Shown in pieces: positions 18,817 to 28,577 of a stretch of DNA of 64,000 nt. The position numbers and the translations under genes were made by a program. The stretch is from an uncultured Bacteroidales bacterium. GTDB taxonomy: Bacteria; Bacteroidota; Bacteroidia; Bacteroidales; ML635J-15. Under the pieces are notes generated by a model. The model worked only from the letters and a program-made list of their open reading frames with translations, ran no database searches and had not been told where the DNA came from. The stretch covers positions 17,664-81,663 of the forward strand of contig CAYUWD010000003.1 of assembly GCA_964448235.1 (NCBI GenBank), given 5' to 3'. The first letter of the stretch is position 1, and each line of letters begins with the position of its first letter.

Positions 18817-19929
18817 ATGTCAGGCATATATATTCATATTCCTTTTTGTAATTCAAAATGCAGCTATTGTGACTTTTATTCTGTTGCACGAAAAGAAATG
18901 ATTCCGGAATTTATAACTGCTTTACAAACAGAAATTGATTCTAAATCTAAAATATTTAAAAATAAGACTATAAAAACTATCTATTTTGGTGGTGGGACTC
19001 CTTCTTTACTTAGTATTCAGCAAATAAAAATTCTACTAACCTATATAGCAAAAAATTTCAATATTTCACAACATGTCGAAATTACTTTTGAAGCAAATCC
19101 AGATAACTTAACCTTCGAATATCTACAAAAGTTAAAGGATACAGAGATAAATAGAATAAGCATAGGCATACAAAGTCTAAATGACAAAATATTAAAATTC
19201 CTTCGAAGAAAACACTCTTCAAAGACAGCATTAAAATGCATAGAAAATGCTACAAGATTAGGCTTTAATAATATAAGCATAGATCTTATTTATGGAATTC
19301 CCGGACTAACAAATCAAACCTGGATAAATAATTTACACAATGTACTATCTTTACCTGTTCAACACTTGTCAGCATATCATTTAGGAATTGAAAAAGGAAC
19401 TTTATTATTTAAACAATTTCAAAATAATTTATTTCAAAACATTGATGAAGATAAGAGTTTCCAACAGTATTTAAGTTTAATAGAGATTTCAAACAAAATG
19501 GGATTTTTACAATATGAAATCTCAAACTTTTCAAAACCGAGTATGGAATCTAAACACAATTCTGCATATTGGAAACATATTGATTATCTGGGCTTTGGCC
19601 CTTCTGCACATTCATTTTACGATAATTCCAGATCATATAATGTAAATAATTTATCAGAATATATAAAAAACCCAAAAAACAATTTTGAAAAGGAGCATTC
19701 ATCAAAAACGGATCTTCATAATGAAGTAATAATGCTATCATTACGAACAAAACTAGGATTAAATCTATCTAATTATGAACATGTATTTGGACAAATGAAT
19801 CTAATTACATTAAAAAAGAAAATCAGTAAATTTAATAATAGCTTATACAATATTACAGAAAATCAACTAAATTTAACAGATAAAGGAATGTTTATTTCTG
19901 ATGGAATTATTGAAAAACTCTTTTTATAA
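18817..19929 (+). CDS. hemW: Radical SAM heme chaperone HemW (oxygen-independent coproporphyrinogen-III oxidase-like)
   Basis: IYIHIPFCNSKCSYCDF (CxxxCxxC), FGGGTPS and a HemN_C-like tail; 370 aa. Confidence 0.9.
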   Translation: MSGIYIHIPFCNSKCSYCDFYSVARKEMIPEFITALQTEIDSKSKIFKNKTIKTIYFGGGTPSLLSIQQIKILLTYIAKNFNISQHVEITFEANPDNLTFEYLQKLKDTEINRISIGIQSLNDKILKFLRRKHSSKTALKCIENATRLGFNNISIDLIYGIPGLTNQTWINNLHNVLSLPVQHLSAYHLGIEKGTLLFKQFQNNLFQNIDEDKSFQQYLSLIEISNKMGFLQYEISNFSKPSMESKHNSAYWKHIDYLGFGPSAHSFYDNSRSYNVNNLSEYIKNPKNNFEKEHSSKTDLHNEVIMLSLRTKLGLNLSNYEHVFGQMNLITLKKKISKFNNSLYNITENQLNLTDKGMFISDGIIEKLFL

Positions 19930-19943
19930 AATGGTTATTATTT

Positions 19944-20963
19944 TTAATTTATTGTGTCGTTTTGAAATTCTTCTTGAAGAATGTTAAATACTACATTATA
20001 TATTTCTTTTGCTATTATTTGATTTCCTTTAACCTTAACATGACATTCATCAATGAAAAGATTTTCATTTTCAATTAAAATTTTTTCAAGTGAAAAATAA
20101 AAATCAAGATTTTTTAGCTTATTGTCCATACAATTATATATCTGTCTTAAACACACTTCTCTATCTGAATTAGGATTTAAATTTAATGGCTGCAAAAAAT
20201 GTAAATAATCAATCTCTTTACCCTGACAAAAAGCATTAATATCAAGAACTCTATTCTTATATGTTTCAGCAATTTCCTCCTTTTGATTGCTAATTAATGA
20301 ATAATTATTCTTTTTGTCTAAAAACCCTCTATGTATAAAGTCTTTTAGCCTACCCAAGTTTGGAAGTGCTCCAAAAAATCTTCCTTGCAATGTTCTAACC
20401 TGACTCTGGTGTTTTATTGGTCTAAAGTCTTTCCAATTATGAGGAGCTAAAATATCCGGACATGGATAAAACCTATTAATCTCTGTAGAAATCAAATCAT
20501 TATATCCATCCAACGAAATAATCATATCAGGATTATAATATTGCAAAACCAACTGAATAAGTATGAATTCCTGTTCAATTACATATGCCGGCACTCCTGC
20601 GTTTAAAACTTGTATTTGGGAATTCATTAAACTGTCATTAAGCATCTGTTCCAAATTTGCAGAAATTGAATTCTCCAACTCTAAACCATATACAACACTA
20701 CCACCAGAAATTATTATTCTATAAACACTATCAGATTTATGTTTATCTCTAACAATTTTTAATCCGTCTTGATTTCTAGATCCAGCATCTTTAGTCAATT
20801 TATAATACAAATAGGGATAATCTGTTGTTTCTGCATCAATTAACTTTCTATCTTTAATTTTAAAATAAATTCCAAGAGAAAGCTCAAACAAAACAAGTGT
20901 AATAAATAGTATTAAGAATATTTGAAAAACCTTTTTCGAAATATTCTTAATACTATTTTTCAA
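19944..20963 (-). CDS. Membrane-anchored SGNH/GDSL-like hydrolase (putative)
   Basis: N-terminal TM helix. Candidate SGNH blocks: I ISGGSVVYG, II NAGVPAY, III SLDGYND, V DECH (DxxH). Confidence 0.45.
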   Translation of the reverse strand: MKNSIKNISKKVFQIFLILFITLVLFELSLGIYFKIKDRKLIDAETTDYPYLYYKLTKDAGSRNQDGLKIVRDKHKSDSVYRIIISGGSVVYGLELENSISANLEQMLNDSLMNSQIQVLNAGVPAYVIEQEFILIQLVLQYYNPDMIISLDGYNDLISTEINRFYPCPDILAPHNWKDFRPIKHQSQVRTLQGRFFGALPNLGRLKDFIHRGFLDKKNNYSLISNQKEEIAETYKNRVLDINAFCQGKEIDYLHFLQPLNLNPNSDREVCLRQIYNCMDNKLKNLDFYFSLEKILIENENLFIDECHVKVKGNQIIAKEIYNVVFNILQEEFQNDTIN

Positions 20964-20976
20964 AGTTCCTAACGGA

Positions 20977-22188
20977 TTATTCTTGTTCAGTTTCTTCTTG
21001 ACTAACTTCGATATCTTTTCTCACGTATAGCATCCAATTTTGGTTGCCACTTCTCCAATGATATCCTAAAGAAAAATCAAGAGGTTTAACTTCTTCATTC
21101 AAATAAGCTTCATTCAAATCTTTTTGAAATAAGTATGTTGATTTAAAATCTGCTATTGGTTTTTCATATACTCCATATAGGTAGTAATCAAAGTCATCCA
21201 GAAAATATCTAAATGGAATTCCTGTATCATCCTCTAGAACCGCATCAGCATTTGCTAATACAGTATTTCGAATACTAGAAAATGTTTCATAATGGCTTAA
21301 ATAAGATGCAGATTTAATAAAAGTATTATTTGTTCTAACGCCTTGCAAATATTGCAAAAACACAGGATTTTGCTCAAACCCATCATCAGAAATATTTGCA
21401 TAAAAATATGTTAATTCTTTAAGTTTATCATCCCCTTCTTTACGAATTTTAAATTTAATACACTCTGACACATCAAGAGAATTTGTTGGTTCTTGAATTT
21501 CTGTAAAACTCACACCATCATTTTCTAGCCTATAATATCCAAAATCATAAATCTCATGTCCTGTTCTGTGTAAAAACACATAAAGTAATGGCAATACTCC
21601 ATTTACCTTTTGTTTTCTTAAATCCTGATCCATATTACCAGTAATAAAATAACTACGTTTGTAAATATCTCTCAAAGCAAAATTTACAGCATCAAGATAC
21701 CCTTTCAATTCTTCTTCATCAAGAGAATACAAATCAGGAATAGTTCCCAATTTTTCCATAGCAATTAAAATATATTCATTTGAATTAGGAAACAAATGAA
21801 ATGCATTTAAGAAATCAGGACCAGAAAACGGATAAAACAATAACAATGTATCATTTATTTTAGGACTTAATTCATCTACTGACCAAATGTCCATTTTAGC
21901 AAGACGCTCATTTGTAATCCTTATCCAAGGCGTATCAATCGACATTTTATAATCATCCCAAAATCCCATATCATCAGTAAAAACATCTGCAAAAGCATCT
22001 GCTTTATCTCCTCCCAAAAGAGCTGCAATTTGATCAAGAGTGGTATCTTTAGGATATGCAATTACATTCTCATTATTTACAGTGTCTTTTTCAGCATCAC
22101 TATTTTTATTTTTTCCTCCTGAATTACAGGATAATATTAAAGAAAAAGTAAATACACAAAATATTATTATTACTTGTTTTTTCATCAT
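20977..22188 (-). CDS. Hypothetical lipoprotein
   Basis: Start set at MMKKQVIIIFCVFTFSLILSC (lipobox-like LSC); the ORF track starts 10 codons upstream. I recognised no family. It ends 13 nt upstream of the SGNH-like gene. Confidence 0.6.
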   Translation of the reverse strand: MMKKQVIIIFCVFTFSLILSCNSGGKNKNSDAEKDTVNNENVIAYPKDTTLDQIAALLGGDKADAFADVFTDDMGFWDDYKMSIDTPWIRITNERLAKMDIWSVDELSPKINDTLLLFYPFSGPDFLNAFHLFPNSNEYILIAMEKLGTIPDLYSLDEEELKGYLDAVNFALRDIYKRSYFITGNMDQDLRKQKVNGVLPLLYVFLHRTGHEIYDFGYYRLENDGVSFTEIQEPTNSLDVSECIKFKIRKEGDDKLKELTYFYANISDDGFEQNPVFLQYLQGVRTNNTFIKSASYLSHYETFSSIRNTVLANADAVLEDDTGIPFRYFLDDFDYYLYGVYEKPIADFKSTYLFQKDLNEAYLNEEVKPLDFSLGYHWRSGNQNWMLYVRKDIEVSQEETEQE

Positions 22189-22338
22189 AAATAATTTAAA
22201 TTTTCCGTAAAAATACATTTATTTGTTAAATCAGACAACCAAATGAAAGGGTTTTCGTCAATATTTTGATTTATATTAAAATTTTATCGTATATTTACAG
22301 TTCTTATTTGGGCTATTTTATTAAAAAAGAGGATAACA

Positions 22339-22851
22339 ATGAAATATTTTATTTCTTTAACTTTTGTCTTATTTACTTTGTTAGGATTTGGACAATTAGA
22401 AGTTAATCAATCTGGGATAAACACTTCCTATACAGAAGGAGAACCAGTAATAATACCTGGAACAAACATACTGATGACTCCACCAGAGCATTTTTTGGTA
22501 AGCGAATCTATTCCGGGGTTAATACATCCAGGCTCGTCAACAACAGTACAAGTACAAGAAATTATCGGAACATCATATATTATGATTCAACAAGCTATGA
22601 CACCTGAACATTTTGAAACACAAAATGTAAATTTAATTTCTGAAGAAGAAGTTAAATTAAAAAATGGAATGAATGGTGTTTTATATCTTGTTGGATTTAC
22701 CGTAAAAGGATATGACTATGAAAGGCTTATGCTTTTTGCAGGAGATTATAATAATACTATTTGGATAAATGCAAATTATCCAAAATCTGCAAAATCATTA
22801 TTGCACGATATTTTAGTAGAAAGTTTATTAACCGCACAACACATCAAATAG
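22339..22851 (+). CDS. Hypothetical secreted protein
   Basis: Signal peptide MKYFISLTFVLFTLLGFGQ; 170 aa. The stop lies 2 nt before the start of the next giant gene. Confidence 0.6.
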   Translation: MKYFISLTFVLFTLLGFGQLEVNQSGINTSYTEGEPVIIPGTNILMTPPEHFLVSESIPGLIHPGSSTTVQVQEIIGTSYIMIQQAMTPEHFETQNVNLISEEEVKLKNGMNGVLYLVGFTVKGYDYERLMLFAGDYNNTIWINANYPKSAKSLLHDILVESLLTAQHIK

Positions 22852-22853
22852 AA

Positions 22854-25800
22854 ATGATAAAAAAGTTACTAATATTTTGTTTGTTTCTTGCCATTTGGGG
22901 GATACCGGGAATATTCTCCCAAAATATTTTAGTGCATGAAATACCATATAGCACTCACGATCAGGATATGTGGGGAGCAGGAGACGCATTTAGTCTGGAT
23001 TTTGACTATGATTTATTTAATGTACAGGTAGATGAAAACTTTTCTGAAGGATGGATAGAAGAAATCCTTGGAACACAATGGGGTATAGGTGTTGAAATGG
23101 GAATGTGGATGTTTTTACGTTCTACATTTAGTATGCACGGCTTTACACTCGGTTCTGTTGATGTTGACTATCCTGTCGAAATTACTCTGGATTTTCCCGA
23201 TGATTACACTTTCGACCATGGTGAAACAGTTCCAATTCATTCTTCTTATGAAGTCCTTGATGGTTGGGCTCTTGAAACTCATTTCCCAACTGCCGGTATT
23301 ATTGCCCTTGACTTAGAATATGGTTTTGGATTAAATTTTGACATTATTGTTTGTATGGTTGATTGTGAAACAATTCCAATTATTCCAACAATTAGTATTC
23401 CTGTAGATCCATTATATACTGACCCATTGCCTCACGATTCTATTGCTATATTTTATTTAAACGGAATTACAGGCGATTGTGTATACCCATGCCTTGATGA
23501 AACAACAGGATTGCCAACTATATGCGAAGATGATTTACTTCCAATCGTTATCCCTGATTGGTTTGGAATAGGATTAACTGGAGAAATTGATATCCCATAT
23601 GTTGAAACTGACGATTGGCTTGATACAGACACTCAATGCCTACACGCACACGGACAAGACGAATGGCTTTGGTTTAATCTGAACATTATGGATTTCCTTG
23701 GATTTATTTGTGGTTTTATCCCTCCTCCTGAAGGACCAGCAATCCAAGAAGCTATAGATTTTCTCGAAGGAGGAACAATAGAATATGAAATTATTTCAGG
23801 AGTTAATGCTGTTATTGAATATTTTATTTTACACATGGATCTTCATATGTCAAGTTACATGACTCAGGATTTCTCCTTTTGCCCAACAATATTAGCAACC
23901 TTAGCTTTTGAAACGGACTTACCTTATTCCGAAACAGATCCGGAAAATGGAGATGCTATAATAGCCGAAGGGGTATCAGACACTATTACTTTTGCAATAA
24001 ATAACGACCTAAATATTACTTACCCATGTTATGAATGGGATTCAATGGAAGTATTAAGCGTAACATACAATATTACATCCGGATTTTATAATCACACTTG
24101 GGATTCAATTACTTTTGACTTTATTTTAGAAGCAATTTTCTTTTCTGTATCTATTCCATTTGACGATATTATTCCAGTTGCAGAAATGCCGGAATTTTGT
24201 ATTCCTGAAATAATTGTTGACAATGCCGATTTAGGTATTACTCAAACAATAAATGCTTGCTCACCAGCAATCCCTACTCCTGCTATAAGTATGGAAGAAT
24301 ATATGCCTGTTGGATACCAAGAAAGCTTGTCTAAAGGTGGAGGTTCTAGTGAAAATCAAGCTAAAGATCTCGAATTCTGTTTTCCTACAAACTGTGAACC
24401 ACTAATTTCAGAAACTTTCCCATTAGGATATATTCCACTCACATGGTATGATCAAGAATGGGATTTACAAGGATTTGTACAAGACACTGTATTTTCAGGA
24501 ACTTGGTTATTTCCATTACCTGAGTTAGATATAGAAATTACCGGACAAGATGTTTTATGTTTTGGTGACACAAGCGGTATTGTTTCTGTAACAGCAATAA
24601 ATAGCTCCCCGGACTTCACATGGGAATATTCTTGGGGAACAATTAATACTCATGCTGGACCAACAGACGAAATAACAGTCCCATCAGGATATTATTATGT
24701 TACTTTAACAGATACTTACGGATGTAAAGTTTTTGGAGAAATGAATATTGCTGATGAAAATCCACCTTTATTATCTAATTTATATGCTGACGATGTTCTC
24801 TGTGCAGGAGAACCAACAGGAAATTTATATTCATATGTATCAGGAGGAGTACCTCCATATTCCTATTTATGGGAACCCAGTAATAGCACAGACCCCAATC
24901 CCACAGGAGTATATGCAGGCATGCATGTACTAACAATTACAGATGCTGTAGGTTGTGAACATATTGACTCTGTTTTTATTGACGAACCAGACGCACCAAT
25001 ATCTATGCCTTTTAACGATATCGGACATGTTTCTTGTTATGGATTAAGTGATGGACATATTGATATTGAAATTGATGGTGGAACTCCTCCATATTATTAT
25101 ATTTGGTCAAATGGACAATTAACACAAGATCTTTTAAATATTCCTGCCGGACTATACTCCGGAACAGTAATAGATTCTCATGACTGTCTATTTGAATATG
25201 AATTTGAAGTCACACAACCAGAACCATTAGAATTAACAACATATACTCAAGATGTGCTCTGTTATGGTCAAAATACCGGAACAATTGATCTTGTTGTACA
25301 AGGAGGAACCCCTCCATATGAATATGAATGGAATAATGGTGATGAAACACAAGACCTATTAGGCGTTTTTGCAGGAATCTATATAGTTACTGTTACTGAT
25401 GCTCATGGTTGTATAAATTATACAATGGTTCAAATCGACCAACCTAATTTACCTCTTCATGGAGATATCACTCCTACTCATGTAAGATGTTTTGGAGAAG
25501 GAAATGGAATTGCAGACTTAAATGTATTTGGAGGTACCCCTCCATATTATTTCAGTTGGAGTAACGGAGAAATATCAGAAGATATTTACAACTTGATCCC
25601 TGGTATTTATAGTGTTACTATTAATGATGGCCATGGATGTATTGCCGGAGATACAGTTCAAATATTCCAACCTGACTCACCAATGTTTGGAACAATAACT
25701 GGAAATAATATTACTTGTAATGGAGGGGATGATGGAAATATATATATTGATGTAACCGGAGGAATTCCACCATATCATTATGAATGGAATACCGGAAGCT

Positions 25801-27152
25801 GGCAAGAAGATCTTATTGGTGTAGAAGCAGGCTCTTATTATGTTACTGTTACCGATGAAAATTATTGTCATTACAATATGAATATTGAACTAACAGAGCC
25901 TGAAGAGTTTTATATTCAACCTATGGATAATCCAACAATTTGCTACGGACAAAATGCAGAAATAGGAATTGGAATAATTACAGGTAGCATCCCTCCATAT
26001 ACCATAGAGTGGAGTAACAACGATGTGGGAATGACAACTACTGTCACCCCAACTGAAACTACAACCTATTCTGCAGTTGTTATTGATGCTATGAATTGCA
26101 TTTCCGAAGAAATAGAAGTAACGGTTAAAGTACTTGATTCTATCACAATGAAAGTTTTTGCTTCTGAAGACACTGTATGTCCAGGAGAAATCGTTGACTT
26201 TGATGTTATAATTGAAGGTGGAGGTGTTTCTGGTAATCAAGTTAGAGTAAATGATTCTATTATGGATTTACCTCTTTCAGTTAATGTATTTAACGACACA
26301 ATATTTGAATTTTTAATTTATGACGCTTGTAATTTCGATAGTGTCAAAATAGAATATCCTTTATATACTTATCCTTTACCTCCTGTTGACATTACTGCAG
26401 ACAAAACAAATGGATGTACACCTCTTACTGTTCAGTTTTACGAAAACAGTCAAGACATTGGACAAAGATATATTTGGAATTTTGATGATGGCGATTTTGA
26501 AAATCTTTCATTTGATAAAAACCCAATTCATACTTTTTATAATGCTAGAACTTATCACGTTGGTCTCGAAATCATTTCAGCAGAACAGTGTAGCATTGAT
26601 ACAACTATTGCTATTACTGTATTTCCTATCCCAACAGCTGAGTTTAGAGCAAATGAAACCAATGTTACAATGGCAACACCTGTAGTATATTTTACAAATT
26701 ATACTGAAGGAGGATTCTTTTATAATTGGAATTTTGGAGATGGAAGTGCAAGTACTGCTCCTAATCCAAGTCATACTTTTTCTCTACCAGGAACTTATCA
26801 CGTAAATATGGTAACAACTTCTCTTTATGGTTGTGTTGATTCTACTGGTGTTGATATTTTTGTCTCTAATGAATTAGCAGTATATGCCCCTACAGCATTT
26901 ACTCCAAATCATGATGAACTCAATGAAACATTTAAAGTTATTGTAGATGGTGTAGATTCTGAAACATATTCATTATCTATTTATAATCGATGGGGAGAAA
27001 CCGTATTCTTCTCTGAAAACTACGAAGAAGAATGGAATGGTAGACGAGAAGAAGAAGAATGCCCAGAAGGTGTTTATGTATGGATACTTACTTTCGTTGA
27101 CCTATACGGAAATGAACATTATGAAACAGGACAGGTTACTCTTATAAGATAA
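22854..27152 (+). CDS. Giant T9SS cargo: unknown N-terminal region, SprB-type repeats, two PKD-like domains, type-B C-terminal sorting domain
   Basis: Start placed at the ATG at 22854 (MIKKLLIFCLFLAIWGIPGIFSQ signal peptide). SprB repeats have the form C(F/Y/A)G...G......GG.PPY.Y.W. PKD-like NFDDGD and NFGDGS...HTF..PGTY segments. CTD: FTPNHDELNETFKV...YNRWGETVF...GVYVWILT...GQVTLIR. Confidence 0.85.
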   Translation: MIKKLLIFCLFLAIWGIPGIFSQNILVHEIPYSTHDQDMWGAGDAFSLDFDYDLFNVQVDENFSEGWIEEILGTQWGIGVEMGMWMFLRSTFSMHGFTLGSVDVDYPVEITLDFPDDYTFDHGETVPIHSSYEVLDGWALETHFPTAGIIALDLEYGFGLNFDIIVCMVDCETIPIIPTISIPVDPLYTDPLPHDSIAIFYLNGITGDCVYPCLDETTGLPTICEDDLLPIVIPDWFGIGLTGEIDIPYVETDDWLDTDTQCLHAHGQDEWLWFNLNIMDFLGFICGFIPPPEGPAIQEAIDFLEGGTIEYEIISGVNAVIEYFILHMDLHMSSYMTQDFSFCPTILATLAFETDLPYSETDPENGDAIIAEGVSDTITFAINNDLNITYPCYEWDSMEVLSVTYNITSGFYNHTWDSITFDFILEAIFFSVSIPFDDIIPVAEMPEFCIPEIIVDNADLGITQTINACSPAIPTPAISMEEYMPVGYQESLSKGGGSSENQAKDLEFCFPTNCEPLISETFPLGYIPLTWYDQEWDLQGFVQDTVFSGTWLFPLPELDIEITGQDVLCFGDTSGIVSVTAINSSPDFTWEYSWGTINTHAGPTDEITVPSGYYYVTLTDTYGCKVFGEMNIADENPPLLSNLYADDVLCAGEPTGNLYSYVSGGVPPYSYLWEPSNSTDPNPTGVYAGMHVLTITDAVGCEHIDSVFIDEPDAPISMPFNDIGHVSCYGLSDGHIDIEIDGGTPPYYYIWSNGQLTQDLLNIPAGLYSGTVIDSHDCLFEYEFEVTQPEPLELTTYTQDVLCYGQNTGTIDLVVQGGTPPYEYEWNNGDETQDLLGVFAGIYIVTVTDAHGCINYTMVQIDQPNLPLHGDITPTHVRCFGEGNGIADLNVFGGTPPYYFSWSNGEISEDIYNLIPGIYSVTINDGHGCIAGDTVQIFQPDSPMFGTITGNNITCNGGDDGNIYIDVTGGIPPYHYEWNTGSWQEDLIGVEAGSYYVTVTDENYCHYNMNIELTEPEEFYIQPMDNPTICYGQNAEIGIGIITGSIPPYTIEWSNNDVGMTTTVTPTETTTYSAVVIDAMNCISEEIEVTVKVLDSITMKVFASEDTVCPGEIVDFDVIIEGGGVSGNQVRVNDSIMDLPLSVNVFNDTIFEFLIYDACNFDSVKIEYPLYTYPLPPVDITADKTNGCTPLTVQFYENSQDIGQRYIWNFDDGDFENLSFDKNPIHTFYNARTYHVGLEIISAEQCSIDTTIAITVFPIPTAEFRANETNVTMATPVVYFTNYTEGGFFYNWNFGDGSASTAPNPSHTFSLPGTYHVNMVTTSLYGCVDSTGVDIFVSNELAVYAPTAFTPNHDELNETFKVIVDGVDSETYSLSIYNRWGETVFFSENYEEEWNGRREEEECPEGVYVWILTFVDLYGNEHYETGQVTLIR
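24525..26132 (+). repeat. About seven tandem ~76-aa SprB-type coding repeats
   Basis: Successive units start DIEITGQDVLCFGD, LYADDVLCAGE, IGHVSCYGL, YTQDVLCYGQ, PTHVRCFGE, GNNITCNGG and NPTICYGQ. Each has GG(T/V/I)PPY and a late conserved Cys. Confidence 0.75.
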
Positions 27153-27174
27153 CTCCTTTGAGTAATTTTCACCT

Positions 27175-27221
27175 AAAAAAACACTATAATTAAACGTAAA
27201 AGAAAATTATAGTGTTTTTTT
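27175..27221 (+). terminator. Rho-independent terminator
   Basis: acactataatt / aattatagtgt 11-bp stem, flanked by an A6 run upstream and a T6 run downstream. Confidence 0.8.
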
Positions 27222-27223
27222 AT

Positions 27224-27231
27224 TAATTTTG
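27224..27231 (+). promoter_or_regulatory. Candidate -7 box (TAATTTTG) for the PGK-like gene
   Basis: TAnnTTTG match 20 nt upstream of the ATG at 27251. Confidence 0.35.
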
Positions 27232-27250
27232 TTCTGTAAATATTACTATT

Positions 27251-28543
27251 ATGAAAAATAATTTACCACTCATCCAATATGCTAATCTAAAAGACAAAGT
27301 AGTTTTAGTCAGAGTAGATCATAATGTTGTTAAATCAGGATTAATTCATGACCCTTATAGAATAGATGCTACAATAGGAACACTATTTCACATATTAGCA
27401 AAAGGAGGAAAGATTATTCTCATGACACATGTGGGACGTCCAAAAAACAAAAATACAGGTGAAATAACAATAGATAATAAAACATCTGTAATGCCTATTG
27501 TAAAATATCTAAGCAATAAATTACATATCAATATTGAAGTTCCTGAATTTTACTCACATGAGAATAAAGGTTATCTTAGTATTGAAACAAATATTAACCA
27601 CTCAATAAAAAAGCTTAAAAATAGCGAAATTGATGCTATTTACTTACCAAATACCAGATGGTTTATGGGAGAAGAAGCTGAAGCTGAAGAAATGGATAGG
27701 TTTGCTAACCAACTTGCTGGATTAGCAGATATCTACATTAATGATGCTTTTGGAAGTTGGCAACCTCATGCTTCAACAATCGGAATAAACAAGTATCTTC
27801 CTTCGTATGCTGGATTTTTAATGCAAAAGGAAATAAAGAATCTGGAAAGGCTATACAATGCTGATAAACCTTTTCTTGCTGTTGTTGCCGGTAGTAAATT
27901 TGACACAAAAATTGAACCGCTGTATGCTTTACTGAAAAAAGCAGATAATCTTATATTGGGGGGAGTAATGTATAATGCATATTTATGTGCAAAATATGGA
28001 ATTTCTATTAAAGGTGTAGGTGAAAAAGATATTAAACTTGCCGGTGAATTCGTTGAATTTGCAAAAAAATATCCAAATAAGATTGTAGAGCTACCATTTA
28101 TTGTAGAATCTGATGTCTTAGGTTCAAAAGAAACCGGAAAATATCGGGTTCATGATATCAGAAAACTAAAATCGGGATATTCTTTAAATTATATTCTTGA
28201 TGTATCCCCAGAATCTTTTGAAGATGATCATGTAAAGGACGTATTTCATAGTGCCAAAACGGTATTCGTTAATGCTGTAATGGGATTTACACCACATTTT
28301 AATGATGGAACAATCGCTTTAGATACTTTAATTGATGAGAATCCTGAAGCTGTAAAATTATATGGAGGAGGAGATACAATGCAGGAGTTAAAACGACTTT
28401 TACCAGGATTATATATCATGGCACTGGATAGCCCAAAATACTATATTTTTACAGGTGGTGGAGCCGTATTAAAAGCAATCGAACAGAATACTCATCTTGG
28501 AATTGAACCTATTGCGGAATTAATAAAAAGAAAAGGAGACTAA
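27251..28543 (+). CDS. Divergent phosphoglycerate-kinase-family protein (PGK-like paralog with altered substrate-site motif)
   Basis: PGK-like VLVRVDHNVV...DPYRI...ILMTHVGRPK, AGSKFDTKI, GGGDT and FTGGGAVL. The canonical FGTAHR is replaced by FGSWQPH, and GVFE by GFTPHF. Confidence 0.7.
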   Translation: MKNNLPLIQYANLKDKVVLVRVDHNVVKSGLIHDPYRIDATIGTLFHILAKGGKIILMTHVGRPKNKNTGEITIDNKTSVMPIVKYLSNKLHINIEVPEFYSHENKGYLSIETNINHSIKKLKNSEIDAIYLPNTRWFMGEEAEAEEMDRFANQLAGLADIYINDAFGSWQPHASTIGINKYLPSYAGFLMQKEIKNLERLYNADKPFLAVVAGSKFDTKIEPLYALLKKADNLILGGVMYNAYLCAKYGISIKGVGEKDIKLAGEFVEFAKKYPNKIVELPFIVESDVLGSKETGKYRVHDIRKLKSGYSLNYILDVSPESFEDDHVKDVFHSAKTVFVNAVMGFTPHFNDGTIALDTLIDENPEAVKLYGGGDTMQELKRLLPGLYIMALDSPKYYIFTGGGAVLKAIEQNTHLGIEPIAELIKRKGD

Positions 28544-28577
28544 AAGCCTCCTTTTTTCTTTATTCTCTCAACATTCG

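Noticed and set aside
22761-22853. ORF-track N-terminal extension of the second giant gene, overlapping the 3' end of the preceding gene.
   Set aside because: The extension (MDKCKLSKICKIIIARYFSRKF...) has no signal peptide and overlaps the upstream CDS by 91 nt. The ATG at 22854 gives a typical signal peptide immediately after the upstream stop.
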